Positions 51,594 through 62,195 of a stretch of DNA of 64,000 nucleotides are shown piece by piece. The notes beneath the pieces are model-generated. The model was not told the DNA's origin. It saw only the letters and a list, made by a program, of their open reading frames with translations, and ran no database searches. The stretch is taken from contig CDROCS010001674.1 of NCBI GenBank assembly GCA_977020255.1, positions 62,001 through 126,000 on the forward strand. The letters run 5' to 3'. The DNA comes from Obrimoposthia wandeli. Lineage: Eukaryota. The translations under genes were made by a program, and so were the position numbers. Positions within the stretch are counted from its first letter, which is position 1. Every line of letters starts with the position of its first letter.

Positions 51594-52259
51594 ATGAAAA
51601 AGTACAAGGTTGTTATTTTTGATTGGGATGGAACGTTAATGAACACTATCTCTCAAATTGTAACCTGTATGCATCAATCGGCTGAGATGACGGATGGATT
51701 AACAAGCCTTTCAGTTAACGCGTATAAACAAACAATTGGCTTAAGTTTGGAAGCAACAGTAAACAGCTTGTATCCAAATGCGACTGATGTACAACATTCG
51801 TTATGGCAACAACACTATAGTGAACTCTATGTAGAAGCGGATAATCGGCAAGACAGCCAACTTTATTCCGAGGTTGTTGAAACATTAAAATTGTTACAGC
51901 GGCAAGGTTTCGAGCTTGCGATAGCAACGGGTAAACGCAGAAGGGGATTGAATCGAGCGTTTCAGCATACACAGATTCAAGACTATTTTACTGTATCTCG
52001 ATGCGCTGATGAAACGGCATCAAAGCCAGATCCACTTATGATTCATGAAGTGTTGGCTGAATTAGGTTTACAGCCAGATGATGCATTAATCGTTGGTGAT
52101 AGTGTTCATGATATGCGGCTTGCAAATAATGCTGGCGTTGATGTTGTTGGTATTACTTGGGGAGTCGATGATAGAGAAACATTGAATCAATATAACCCAG
52201 TATGTGTCATTGATTCGATTGAAGAGCTGTTAATGGTTTCTGGTGTTGTAGATAAATAG
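51594..52259 (+). CDS. HAD-family hydrolase, subfamily IA
   Basis: FDWDGTL, ATGK, SKPDP, VGDSVHD; AAGGA SD before ATG 51594. Confidence 0.9.
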   Translation: MKKYKVVIFDWDGTLMNTISQIVTCMHQSAEMTDGLTSLSVNAYKQTIGLSLEATVNSLYPNATDVQHSLWQQHYSELYVEADNRQDSQLYSEVVETLKLLQRQGFELAIATGKRRRGLNRAFQHTQIQDYFTVSRCADETASKPDPLMIHEVLAELGLQPDDALIVGDSVHDMRLANNAGVDVVGITWGVDDRETLNQYNPVCVIDSIEELLMVSGVVDK

Positions 52260-52392
52260 ATTGTCGTTGAATCGTGATAAAGGACGAGCTGGGTATGATA
52301 GAAGCAATGCGAGTGTCTGTTGATGATTTCGGATTACTTCTATGAACCGTTGAGCCTGAAGGGCAGATTGTCTTTTATAAGGTGCGTTTGAT

Positions 52393-52974
52393 CTATAAAA
52401 TACGAATGCCCTGTTTTTCTAGCATTTCACGTAGAGCAATTAAGGGTAGGCCAATGAGAGTATTAGGATCGCGTCCTTCCAGTTTATTGAATAAAGCGAT
52501 GCCTAATCCTTCACACATAAAGCTACCAGCACAATAAAGCGGCATTTCACGCTCAATGTAGCGTTCGATTTCCTGGTTTGTTAGTTGGCGAAAGTGAACG
52601 TGGAAAGGTTCACATATAACATCGCTTTGATTTGTCTTTGCATTATAGAGGCATAAGCCTGTATAAAACGTCACAATTTGTCCGCTTGCGGCTTTAAGTT
52701 GTAGGCAAGCGTTTTCGACAGTGTGAGGTTTACCCATGATTTTACCATCGATCACGCAGACCTGATCTGAGCCAATGATTAAGTGCTCAGGGTAATTGTT
52801 TCCACATGCTTTGGCTTTTTGTTCTGCTAACCTTTTAACAAGAGCTTCGGCAGACTCACCAGAGAAGCTACTCTCATCAGTATTGGGATTTGCAGTCTCA
52901 AAAGGGTATTGAAACTTGTCTAATAGTGCTTTTCTGAAAGGGGAGGTGGATGCAAGCAATAAAGGTTGTGTCAT
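52393..52974 (-). CDS. yceF: Maf-family nucleotide pyrophosphatase (YceF type)
   Basis: [36 protein letters not shown]. Confidence 0.92.
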   Translation of the reverse strand: MTQPLLLASTSPFRKALLDKFQYPFETANPNTDESSFSGESAEALVKRLAEQKAKACGNNYPEHLIIGSDQVCVIDGKIMGKPHTVENACLQLKAASGQIVTFYTGLCLYNAKTNQSDVICEPFHVHFRQLTNQEIERYIEREMPLYCAGSFMCEGLGIALFNKLEGRDPNTLIGLPLIALREMLEKQGIRIL

Positions 52975-53300
52975 GGTTCGTACTTATAGATGAATGCTAG
53001 ACACAGTCTAACGCTCTCTGATACTGGAATCGAGTTTTTCGCTGACTATCGATAAAAAGTCATTGCTCGATTTTCAGCTAAAACACCATTAAATGGGCTG
53101 TTGAGATAAACCTTAGCAGCTAGCAAGAACGTTTTTCGTACTATTTTTGTGTGTTATTTATTCGCTCTTGATAAAGAGAGCAAGTGATTGACTCATGAGT
53201 AAATAACCATCAAACCGATGGGAAAGTGATGATTGTAGCGAGAGGGGTTGAACCTTCTTTGGCGAAATGGCTAAAAGCTGTTATTTCACACACATTTCCT

Positions 53301-53329
53301 TTGACTCAAACTAATTAGAAGGCTAATAT
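53301..53329 (+). promoter_or_regulatory. sigma70 promoter of the yceD-rpmF-plsX-fab operon
   Basis: TTGACT-17 bp-TAATAT, ending 9 nt before the yceD ATG. Confidence 0.7.
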
Positions 53330-53338
53330 TCGCGCCCT

Positions 53339-53854
53339 ATGCAAAAGGTAAAATTACCGCTGAAGGTCGATGCAGTTCGCGCCGCTCAGAAACAACTTGA
53401 TTATGATGGTATCATCAAAGCCGAGTTACTGACGCGTCTAGCTGAATCCACCCAGAGCGTAAAAAGTGATGCAAACGTCACCTTATCATTTGACTTTGAC
53501 CAACGTCACCTCGCAGTTATGCACGGTAGTGCTAATGTAGAAGTAACGTTAACCTGTCAGCGATGCCAGGAAGAATTCAATCATACTTCTAGTGTGGAGT
53601 TCTGTTATAGTCCGCTTCTCAAACCTGATGAAGATGATGAGTTTCCGGAAGCTTATGAGCCGGCTCAAGTCGACGAAAATGGTGAGATTAATCTAGTTGA
53701 AATCATCGAAGATGAATTGATATTAGAACTACCTCAGATTGCTATGCATGACGATGCTGACTGTAAAGTGAGTTCGTCTGATAAAGTCTTTGGTAAACTC
53801 CCTATTGCTGATGAGCGTCCGAATCCGTTTGCAGTATTGAAACAATCTAAGTAA
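53339..53854 (+). CDS. yceD: 23S rRNA accumulation protein YceD (DUF177)
   Basis: [34 protein letters not shown]. Confidence 0.95.
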   Translation: MQKVKLPLKVDAVRAAQKQLDYDGIIKAELLTRLAESTQSVKSDANVTLSFDFDQRHLAVMHGSANVEVTLTCQRCQEEFNHTSSVEFCYSPLLKPDEDDEFPEAYEPAQVDENGEINLVEIIEDELILELPQIAMHDDADCKVSSSDKVFGKLPIADERPNPFAVLKQSK

Positions 53855-53880
53855 GTGTTATTTTAACAGGAGTAGGGTTA

Positions 53881-54051
53881 ATGGCCGTACAAAAGAGCAA
53901 AAAATCACGTGCAGCACGTGGCATGCGTCGTTCACACGATGCACTAACAACTGCAGCTGTGTCTGTAGATTCTGCAAGTGGTGAAACTCATCTACGTCAC
54001 CACGTGACAGCTGACGGTTTCTACCGTGGCCGCAAGGTTATCAACAAATAA
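53881..54051 (+). CDS. rpmF: 50S ribosomal protein L32 (no Zn-binding cysteines)
   Basis: Manual translation, 56 aa: [56 protein letters not shown]; missing from the ORF track (short). Confidence 0.98.
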   Translation: MAVQKSKKSRAARGMRRSHDALTTAAVSVDSASGETHLRHHVTADGFYRGRKVINK

Positions 54052-54060
54052 GGTTGAGCC

Positions 54061-55086
54061 TTGACTGGTCTAACCGTTGCACTTGATGCGATGGGTGGGG
54101 ATTTCGGTCCTCAAGTAATAGTGCCTGCCGCTGTGCAGGCACTGTTACAATACCCTGAACTCAAAATTAAACTTTATGGTGATCATAGTGCTATCACCGC
54201 GCAACTATCTCTTCTAAACCAAAATTCTCATTCTCGTATTAGTATCATTCATAGCGATCTTGTGATTGCCAACGAAACTCGTCCATCTCATGCTTTGCGT
54301 CGAAGCCAAGGCACTTCTATGCGTATGGCATTAGATGCTGTTTCCGATGGTGAAGCAGATGCTTGTGTTAGTGCTGGTAATACGGGGGCATTAATGGCCC
54401 TATCTCGCTATACTCTCAAACAGCTTCCTGGTGTTGATCGTCCTGCATTAGTCTCTGCTATACCTACACATGGTTTAAATAAAACGTGGCTATTGGATTT
54501 AGGGGCGAATGTATCCTGTGATGCAGATACATTATTTCAATTTGCAGTGATGGGCTCTGTACTGGCTGAGCAATCTTTACCGTCAAAACCTCGCGTTGCT
54601 TTACTGAATATCGGTGAAGAAGAAATTAAAGGTAATGACTTAGTGAAACGTTGTGCTGAAATGCTAAGCAATTCGCCTGATATTCACTATATAGGCTACA
54701 TTGAAGGTGATCAGTTATATGCAGGTAAAGCAGATGTGATTGTTTGCGATGGCTTTGTTGGAAATGTTAGTTTAAAAACCAGTGAAGGCGTAGCTAATCT
54801 CTTCATTAATAGCTTTAAACAGGCGATTTCTACTAATCCAATGAAACGTTTGTTAGCTAAATGGTTGTTTCGTGACCTATTCGTTAGCCTTAAGAAATTG
54901 AACCCCGACCAGTACAATGGTGCAAGTCTGTTAGGATTACGGGGTATTGTGGTTAAAAGCCATGGAAGAGCTGATACTGCCGCTTTCGCAAATGCGATAG
55001 GTGAAGCGGTACACGAGGTCAAACGGCAAATACCGACTAAAATCAGTGACCGTTTGGAAGAAGTCTTACTCGAGAGGCATTATTAG
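54061..55086 (+). CDS. plsX: Phosphate acyltransferase PlsX
   Basis: [33 protein letters not shown]. Confidence 0.97.
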   Translation: MTGLTVALDAMGGDFGPQVIVPAAVQALLQYPELKIKLYGDHSAITAQLSLLNQNSHSRISIIHSDLVIANETRPSHALRRSQGTSMRMALDAVSDGEADACVSAGNTGALMALSRYTLKQLPGVDRPALVSAIPTHGLNKTWLLDLGANVSCDADTLFQFAVMGSVLAEQSLPSKPRVALLNIGEEEIKGNDLVKRCAEMLSNSPDIHYIGYIEGDQLYAGKADVIVCDGFVGNVSLKTSEGVANLFINSFKQAISTNPMKRLLAKWLFRDLFVSLKKLNPDQYNGASLLGLRGIVVKSHGRADTAAFANAIGEAVHEVKRQIPTKISDRLEEVLLERHY

Positions 55087-55091
55087 TCTTC

Positions 55092-56048
55092 ATGTATAGT
55101 AAAATTTTAGGAACAGGCAGTTATCTGCCATCTCAAATTCGCTCTAATGCAGATTTAGAGCAAATGATAGATACCAGCGATGAATGGATCGTAGCCCGAA
55201 CCGGTATTCGCGAGCGTCGTATTGCTGCGCCAGATGAAACTGTGGCAGTGATGGGGTATCAAGCTTCTTTAAACGCTATTGAAATGGCGGGTATTGATAA
55301 AGAAGATATTGACCTGATTATCGTCGCGACAACCAGTGCTAGTCACTCATTCCCTTCAGCTGCTTGTCAGGTGCAAGGAATGCTCGATATTAAAGGGTGT
55401 CCTGCATTTGATATTGCGGCGGCATGTTCTGGTTTTGTTTATGCCTTAAGTATTGCTGATCAGCATATTAAAACAGGTATGGCAAAAAATATTTTAGTGA
55501 TTGGTGCAGATGCCCTTTCGCACAAATGTGATCCAGAAGATCGTTCGACGATCATCTTATTTGGTGATGCTGCAGGGGCTGTTGTTATTGGTGCAAGTGA
55601 AGAGCCTGGTATTATTTCCACGCATTTGCATGCAGACGGTCATTTTGGTGGTTTACTAAGCCTAGCAATACCTGATCACGGTCAAACATTCACTGATGAT
55701 AAGTGGTTGTATATGGCGGGTAATGAAGTGTTCAAGGTTGCGGTTACACAATTATCTAATCTTGTTAAAAATACGCTTGCTGAAAATAATATGGATAAAT
55801 CTGAACTTGATTGGTTAGTACCTCATCAGGCAAATCTGCGTATTATTTCAGCTACAGCGAAAAAGCTTTCTATGTCGATGGATCAAGTGGTAGTAACGCT
55901 CGATCGTCATGGCAATACGTCAGCCGCAACGGTACCGACTGCTCTCGATGAGGCAGTACGAGATGGACGTATCCAGCGCGGGCAAACGTTGCTGCTGGAA
56001 GCTTTTGGTGGTGGTTTTACGTGGGGTTCTGCCCTCGTTAAATTCTAA
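55092..56048 (+). CDS. fabH: 3-oxoacyl-ACP synthase III
   Basis: [31 protein letters not shown]. Confidence 0.97.
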   Translation: MYSKILGTGSYLPSQIRSNADLEQMIDTSDEWIVARTGIRERRIAAPDETVAVMGYQASLNAIEMAGIDKEDIDLIIVATTSASHSFPSAACQVQGMLDIKGCPAFDIAAACSGFVYALSIADQHIKTGMAKNILVIGADALSHKCDPEDRSTIILFGDAAGAVVIGASEEPGIISTHLHADGHFGGLLSLAIPDHGQTFTDDKWLYMAGNEVFKVAVTQLSNLVKNTLAENNMDKSELDWLVPHQANLRIISATAKKLSMSMDQVVVTLDRHGNTSAATVPTALDEAVRDGRIQRGQTLLLEAFGGGFTWGSALVKF

Positions 56049-56202
56049 ATTTGTTGCTAATTGCTTTTCTATTTTTGACTATAACGATTAAAAAATTTCT
56101 TAAAGTCAAAATAATAACAACCTGATAAATAACAGGATTGTTTAAAGCGATTCGCTAGGTTAAAACTGAAAAATTCAGTTTAAAAAATTAAAGGACTCTC
56201 GA

Positions 56203-57126
56203 ATGTCTAAATTCGCGATTGTTTTTCCTGGGCAAGGTTCTCAGGCTGTTGGTATGTTGGCTGAGCTTGCTGAAAAATTTGATGTTGTTAAGCATACTTT
56301 TGCTGAAGCGTCAGAAGTACTAGGTTATGACCTATGGGCATTGGTACAAAATGGACCAGCTGAAGATTTAAATCAAACCGATCGCACACAGCCTGCTTTA
56401 TTAACAGCATCTGTTGCGATTTGGCGTGTATGGCAAGAACAGGGTGGTGAGCAACCTGCAGTACTTGCAGGTCACAGCCTAGGTGAATATTCAGCATTGG
56501 TTTGTGCCGGTGTGATTGATTTTAAAGCAGCGATTAAATTAGTTGAGCTTCGTGGTCAATTAATGCAAGAAGCTGTACCTGCTGGTGTGGGGGCAATGTC
56601 AGCCATTATTGGTCTGGACAATGATTCAATTGCGAAAGCATGTGAAGAAGCAGCACAAGACCAAATCGTTTCTCCGGTTAACTTTAACTCACCGGGTCAG
56701 GTTGTGATTGCGGGTAATAAAGAAGCGGTTGAGCGTGCAAATGTACTGTGTAAAGAAGCTGGCGCGAAGCGTGCACTTCCACTGCCAGTATCAGTGCCTT
56801 CACACTGTGCATTAATGAAGCCAGCAGCAGATAAGCTAGCTGTGGCATTAGAGTCAATTGAATTTAATGCGCCTTCTATTCCTGTTATTAACAATGCCGA
56901 TGTTCAGACAGAGAGCGATCCTGTTGCAATTAAACTGGCGCTGGTTAAGCAGCTATACGGCCCTGTTCGTTGGACTGAGTCAGTAGAGCGCATGGCAAAT
57001 GACGGCATTGAACAACTGCTTGAAATGGGACCAGGTAAAGTACTAACTGGTCTAACAAAGCGTATTAATCGAGCATTGACTAGTGCCGTAGTGAATGATT
57101 CTGCAAGTTTAGATGCAGCAAAATAA
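56203..57126 (+). CDS. fabD: Malonyl-CoA:ACP transacylase
   Basis: FPGQGSQ, GHSLGEY, SVPSHC. Confidence 0.98.
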   Translation: MSKFAIVFPGQGSQAVGMLAELAEKFDVVKHTFAEASEVLGYDLWALVQNGPAEDLNQTDRTQPALLTASVAIWRVWQEQGGEQPAVLAGHSLGEYSALVCAGVIDFKAAIKLVELRGQLMQEAVPAGVGAMSAIIGLDNDSIAKACEEAAQDQIVSPVNFNSPGQVVIAGNKEAVERANVLCKEAGAKRALPLPVSVPSHCALMKPAADKLAVALESIEFNAPSIPVINNADVQTESDPVAIKLALVKQLYGPVRWTESVERMANDGIEQLLEMGPGKVLTGLTKRINRALTSAVVNDSASLDAAK

Positions 57127-57149
57127 GTATTATTTAAAGAGGAAATACA

Positions 57150-57884
57150 ATGAGCCTGGAAGGTAAAGTTGCTCTAGTTACGGGTGCAAGCCGTGGTATT
57201 GGTCGTGCAATTGCTGAAATTTTGGTTGAGCGCGGCGCAACTGTTATTGGTACTGCAACGTCTGAAAATGGCGCAGAAGCAATTAGCGCATATTTAGGTG
57301 ATAAAGGTAAAGGTTTAGCCCTGAACGTTACTTCACCTGATTCAATCGCTGATACACTAAAGCAGATTAAAGAGCAGTTCGGCGATATTGATATTTTGGT
57401 AAACAATGCGGGTATTACTCGTGACAACTTGTTAATACGTATGAAAGATGACGAATGGCAAGATATCATGGATACTAACCTCACATCTGTTTTCCGTCTT
57501 TCTAAAGCAGTGCTACGCGCCATGATGAAAAAGCGTAATGGTCGTATTATTAGCATTGGTTCTGTTGTCGGAATGATGGGTAATGCAGGTCAGACTAACT
57601 ACGCAGCGGCGAAAGCGGGTTTGATTGGTTTCACTAAATCTATGGCACGTGAAGTGGCATCTCGTGGTATTACCGTGAATGCGGTAGCACCAGGTTTTAT
57701 TGAAACAGATATGACAAAAGCCCTGAATGATGAGCAACGTGCTGCTACACTAGCAAATGTTCCTGCTGGTCGTTTAGGTGATCCGCGTGAAATTGCAGCA
57801 GCTGTTGCTTTTTTAGCTTCTGAAGATGCTGCTTATGTAACCGGTGAGACGTTACATGTTAACGGCGGCATGTACATGATTTAA
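57150..57884 (+). CDS. fabG: 3-oxoacyl-ACP reductase
   Basis: TGASRGIG, NNAGITRD, YAAAK. Confidence 0.98.
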   Translation: MSLEGKVALVTGASRGIGRAIAEILVERGATVIGTATSENGAEAISAYLGDKGKGLALNVTSPDSIADTLKQIKEQFGDIDILVNNAGITRDNLLIRMKDDEWQDIMDTNLTSVFRLSKAVLRAMMKKRNGRIISIGSVVGMMGNAGQTNYAAAKAGLIGFTKSMAREVASRGITVNAVAPGFIETDMTKALNDEQRAATLANVPAGRLGDPREIAAAVAFLASEDAAYVTGETLHVNGGMYMI

Positions 57885-57942
57885 TCAAAAAAGTTGCAAT
57901 ACTTGATGACGCAAGTCAAACTCGGCATGATTTCATGAAAAA

Positions 57943-57959
57943 TCGTGGTTTGACCAGCA
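57943..57959. promoter_or_regulatory. Candidate FadR site upstream of acpP
   Basis: TGGT-TTG-ACCAG core, followed by TTGCAA (57969-74) and TAAACT (57991-96) promoter-like hexamers. Confidence 0.6.
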
Positions 57960-58043
57960 ATGAGGGTCTTGCAACTTTTGTAGTAATGAATAAACTACAG
58001 CAAATCGCATTAGCGAATTCTTGTTTTAAGGAAATATATTAGT

Positions 58044-58280
58044 ATGAGCAACATCGAAGATCGCGTAAGAAAAATCATCATTGAGCAACTAGGTGTGGAC
58101 GAAGCTGAAGTTAAGAACGAAGCTTCTTTCGTTGACGATCTAGGTGCTGATTCACTAGATACAGTTGAACTAGTAATGGCTCTTGAAGAAGAATTCGATA
58201 CAGAGATTCCTGACGAAGAAGCTGAAAAAATTACTACAGTTCAAGCTGCAATCGACTACGTAAACAGCGCTTCTGAGTAA
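58044..58280 (+). CDS. acpP: Acyl carrier protein
   Basis: [20 protein letters not shown]. Confidence 0.99.
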   Translation: MSNIEDRVRKIIIEQLGVDEAEVKNEASFVDDLGADSLDTVELVMALEEEFDTEIPDEEAEKITTVQAAIDYVNSASE

Positions 58281-58293
58281 TAAAGAACACCTC

Positions 58294-58325
58294 CAGGCGG
58301 TCATCATGACCGCCTGATTTTTTTT
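58294..58325 (+). terminator. Terminator between acpP and fabF
   Basis: CAGGCGGTCA-TCA-TGACCGCCTG-A-T8. Confidence 0.85.
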
Positions 58326-58365
58326 GAAAGTCTGTTTTACCCTCATTTTTCCGGAGAGATTAATC

Positions 58366-59607
58366 GTGTCAAAACGTCGTGTAGTTGTTACTGGCATGGG
58401 TATGCTAACTCCTGTTGGCAATTCGGTTGAATCTTCTTGGAAGGCTTTACTATCTGGTACTAGCGGTATTAGTACGATTGAGCATTTTGATGCTAGCTTA
58501 TTTGCTACTCAGTTTGCCGGTATGATAAAAGACTTCAACGCTGAAGAATACATGACCAAAAAAGATGCCCGTAAAATGGATTTATTCATTCAATACGGCA
58601 TTGCAGCTGGCGTGCAAGCATTTAAAGATTCAGGCATTGAAGTAACAGAAGAAAACGCACACCGTATTGGTGTTGCTATTGGTTCTGGTATTGGTGGTCT
58701 TGGGCTTATCGAAGCTGGTCATCAAACCCTCATGGAAAAAGGACCGCGCAAAATTAGCCCGTTCTTTGTTCCATCAACAATTGTTAATATGATTGCTGGC
58801 CACATGTCTATCATGCACGGCTTACGCGGTCCTAACATCGCTATTTCTACGGCTTGTACTACTGGCCTTCATAACATTGGCCATGCAGCACGTATGATTG
58901 CATATGGCGATGCTGACGCAATGCTAGCTGGCGGTGCTGAAAAAGCATCTACCGAGCTTGGTATGGGTGGCTTTGCGGCTGCTAAAGCGTTATCAACTCG
59001 CAATGATGATCCACAAGCGGCTTCTCGCCCTTGGGACAAAGATCGTGACGGTTTTGTTCTAGGTGATGGCGCAGGTGTGATTGTTGTAGAAGAATACGAA
59101 CATGCTAAAGCGCGTGGCGCAACAATCTACGCTGAACTTGTTGGTTTTGGTATGAGTGGTGATGCTTATCACATGACTTCACCAACTCCTGATGGTTCGG
59201 GCGGCGCTTTGGCAATGGAAGCAACATTGCGTGATGCAGGTATTAATGCTGATAAAATTGGCTATATTAATGCTCACGGTACATCAACACCTGCTGGCGA
59301 CGTAGCTGAAACGCTTGGTATCAAGCGCGCTATGGGTGCTGCAGTTGATGATGTATTAGTATCATCAACAAAATCGATGACTGGTCACCTGTTAGGTGCG
59401 GCGGGTTCTGTTGAAGCAATTATTTCTATTATGTCTCTTGTTGATCAGGCTGTACCGCCAACGATTAACTTAGATAATCCTGATGAAGGCTGTGACCTTG
59501 ATTATGTAGCTGGTGAAGCTCGCCAAGTTAAGAACCTAGAGTACTCTTTATGTAACTCATTTGGTTTTGGTGGTACAAACGGCTCGTTACTATTCAAGAA
59601 GATCTAA
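58366..59607 (+). CDS. fabF: 3-oxoacyl-ACP synthase II
   Basis: [41 protein letters not shown]; GTG start behind GGAG. Confidence 0.97.
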   Translation: MSKRRVVVTGMGMLTPVGNSVESSWKALLSGTSGISTIEHFDASLFATQFAGMIKDFNAEEYMTKKDARKMDLFIQYGIAAGVQAFKDSGIEVTEENAHRIGVAIGSGIGGLGLIEAGHQTLMEKGPRKISPFFVPSTIVNMIAGHMSIMHGLRGPNIAISTACTTGLHNIGHAARMIAYGDADAMLAGGAEKASTELGMGGFAAAKALSTRNDDPQAASRPWDKDRDGFVLGDGAGVIVVEEYEHAKARGATIYAELVGFGMSGDAYHMTSPTPDGSGGALAMEATLRDAGINADKIGYINAHGTSTPAGDVAETLGIKRAMGAAVDDVLVSSTKSMTGHLLGAAGSVEAIISIMSLVDQAVPPTINLDNPDEGCDLDYVAGEARQVKNLEYSLCNSFGFGGTNGSLLFKKI

Positions 59608-59670
59608 GACTTTCCACTTTAGATATCTAAAGTGAGTGGTCAGGAAAAATTAGCGATAACCTGATATTAT

Positions 59671-59704
59671 GAACGGCCCGGTGTTTACATCGGGTCGTTT
59701 TTTT
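59671..59704 (+). terminator. Terminator of fabF
   Basis: GAACGGCCCGGTG-TTTA-CATCGGGTCGTTT-TTTT. Confidence 0.75.
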
Positions 59705-59749
59705 ATACGCGTTTATTAATCTTTAATTTAGCGATGAAGAATTTTCAAT

Positions 59750-60559
59750 ATGGTATTGGTAAATGGAACTGAACAATCCAGCATTTCGATAGGTGATCGC
59801 TCCGCTCAATATGGCGATGGTAGCTTCACGACTGTGTTGATTGAGCAAGGTAAACCGCTATTGTGGCAATTGCATCTTCAGCGATTACAAAAAAATGTAC
59901 AAACATTCCGGATCTCTGCACCTAATTGGGATGACGTCACTCAACAGGTGTATCAACAAGCTAAGCAATATTCAGACAAAGGCGTGGTCAAAGTCGTGAT
60001 CAGCCGTGGCGAAGGTGGGCGAGGGTATAGTCCAACAGGGTGTACTGATACACAGGTCATCATTTCTGATTTTGATTGGCCAAAGCATTATGTTGAATGG
60101 CAGCAAGATGGCATTGAATTGGGGGTTTGCCAGCAACGTCTTGGGCTTGTGCCGATGCTTGCTGGGTTTAAGCATCTTAACCGACTTGAACAAGTGTTAT
60201 TAAAGCAAGAAGTCGATGATAGCGGTTGGTTGGACGCTATTGTTCTTGATGTTAATGGGCATGTAATGGAAGCGACAGCATCGAATATTTTCTGGCGATG
60301 TGAAAATACCGTCTATACACCTGAATTGGATATGTCAGGCGTACATGGTGTGATGAGAGCACATGTACTGGAATTGCTGGGTAGCACTGAGTATTGTGTT
60401 GAGTTTGTCAAAACATCGTTAGAGTCATTGCTTTGTGCTGATGAAATTTTCATTACTAATGCGCTCATGGCGTTGGTGTCAGTTAAAAAGATTAATGAAA
60501 ATGAATTTTCTGAGCGAATATTGCTCAGTGCTTTAAATAAGAGGTTGTATACGTGCTAA
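59750..60559 (+). CDS. pabC: Aminodeoxychorismate lyase
   Basis: DRSAQYGDGSFTT, SRGEGGRGY, KHLNRLEQVL. Confidence 0.95.
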   Translation: MVLVNGTEQSSISIGDRSAQYGDGSFTTVLIEQGKPLLWQLHLQRLQKNVQTFRISAPNWDDVTQQVYQQAKQYSDKGVVKVVISRGEGGRGYSPTGCTDTQVIISDFDWPKHYVEWQQDGIELGVCQQRLGLVPMLAGFKHLNRLEQVLLKQEVDDSGWLDAIVLDVNGHVMEATASNIFWRCENTVYTPELDMSGVHGVMRAHVLELLGSTEYCVEFVKTSLESLLCADEIFITNALMALVSVKKINENEFSERILLSALNKRLYTC

Positions 60560-61566
60560 AGAAGTTGTTCATTGTTGTACTTATGCTGGGTGTGTTTGCA
60601 GCAGGTGTTGCAGGCTGGTCATATCAACAGGTTAACCAATCTCTTGAACAGCCTGTGATTAATCAAGAAGATGTACTTTTAACGGTAAAATCTGGAACCA
60701 GTTTTCGAGGGTTGCTAAGTCAATTAGTGACGGCTGACGTTGTAACTCCATCAAAATGGACTCGTTGGATTGGCCGTTTAGATCCTCAACTAACACGCAT
60801 TAAAGCGGGTACATATTTGATCGTTCCGGATCAAAATCTACGAGAAGTGCTTGGATTAGTCACATCAGGAAAAGAGCATCAGTTTTCGATTACCCTCGTT
60901 GAAGGTGACCGGTTTGTTGATTGGTTAGAGCAATTAAAAACATCATCAGCTGTTGTGCATGCAAGTGAAGGCATGTCAGAAGCCGATATTGCTCAAGCCA
61001 TTGGCGCGACAGATATTAGTCAGCTTGAAGGTTATTTATTACCTGAAACCTATAATTATACGGCGGGTACATCTGATCTTGAGCTGTTAAAGCGCGCATA
61101 CAATAAGATGACGGTTTTACTTGATACGGCATGGCAAGCTCGTGATAACGATGTGCCATTAAAATCGGCTTATGAAGCCTTAATTATGGCCTCGATTATT
61201 GAAAAAGAAACCGCTGTTGATGATGAACGAACATTGGTTTCTTCGGTATTCATGAACCGCTTAAATAAAGGCATGCGCCTTCAAACCGACCCAACAGTGA
61301 TTTACGGTATGGGTGATAAATATGAAGGCAATATTCGTAAGCGCGATTTACGTACGCCAACGCCTTATAACACATATACCATTTTCGGTTTGCCCCCTAC
61401 ACCAATAGCAATGCCGAGCAAGGCATCTGTTCTGGCGGCGGTAAACCCAGAAACAAGTTCGTTTTACTATTTTGTGGCTGACGGTAAAGGTGGCCATAAA
61501 TTTTCTAAATCGCTGGTAGAGCACAATCGTGCTGTACGGGCTTATTTAAAGACGTTAAGAAAATAA
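60553..61566 (+). CDS. mltG: Endolytic transglycosylase MltG (YceG)
   Basis: [36 protein letters not shown]. Confidence 0.96.
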   Translation: MLKKLFIVVLMLGVFAAGVAGWSYQQVNQSLEQPVINQEDVLLTVKSGTSFRGLLSQLVTADVVTPSKWTRWIGRLDPQLTRIKAGTYLIVPDQNLREVLGLVTSGKEHQFSITLVEGDRFVDWLEQLKTSSAVVHASEGMSEADIAQAIGATDISQLEGYLLPETYNYTAGTSDLELLKRAYNKMTVLLDTAWQARDNDVPLKSAYEALIMASIIEKETAVDDERTLVSSVFMNRLNKGMRLQTDPTVIYGMGDKYEGNIRKRDLRTPTPYNTYTIFGLPPTPIAMPSKASVLAAVNPETSSFYYFVADGKGGHKFSKSLVEHNRAVRAYLKTLRK

Positions 61567-62195
61567 TGACTGCTAAATTTATTGTAATTGAAGGCCTTGA
61601 AGGCGCAGGTAAAAGCACCGCGATTAAACAAGTGATCGATACCCTTGCTGCACATGGTATTGAAAATCCAGAATCGACGCGTGAGCCTGGGGGAACACCA
61701 TTAGCAGAACAAATGCGTGCGTTGATAAAAGAAGGTCATCCAGATGAGCCATTAACCGATATGGCTGAGCTGCTTTTGTTATATGCCGCTCGTATTCAGC
61801 TGGTTGATAATATTATCAAACCTGCTTTAGCTGAAGGCCGCTGGGTCGTTGGTGATCGTCACGATATGTCATCACAAGCTTACCAAGGTGGTGGGCGTGG
61901 CTTTGATAAAGCGTTGATGGAAAACCTGCGTGATACCGTATTAGGTGACTTTTGCCCTGATTTAACGATTTATATGGATATCGATCCAATACTTGGATTA
62001 GAACGCGCTCGTGGTCGTGGCGAGCTAGATCGTATTGAAAAAATGAATGTTGATTTCTTCCATAGAGCACGTGCACGTTTCCTTGAACTATCAGAAAATA
62101 ATCCTAAAGTGATCATTATTGATGCTAGTCAGTCGTTAGATAATGTAACGAGCGATCTGAAACAAGCATTAAATCAATGGTTGGAGAAGCAATAG
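61566..62195 (+). CDS. tmk: Thymidylate kinase
   Basis: [30 protein letters not shown]. Confidence 0.97.
   Translation: MTAKFIVIEGLEGAGKSTAIKQVIDTLAAHGIENPESTREPGGTPLAEQMRALIKEGHPDEPLTDMAELLLLYAARIQLVDNIIKPALAEGRWVVGDRHDMSSQAYQGGGRGFDKALMENLRDTVLGDFCPDLTIYMDIDPILGLERARGRGELDRIEKMNVDFFHRARARFLELSENNPKVIIIDASQSLDNVTSDLKQALNQWLEKQ

Noticed and set aside
57134-57556. 140-aa ORF antisense to fabG
   Set aside because: Shadow ORF arising from codon bias of a highly expressed gene; no SD or family features.
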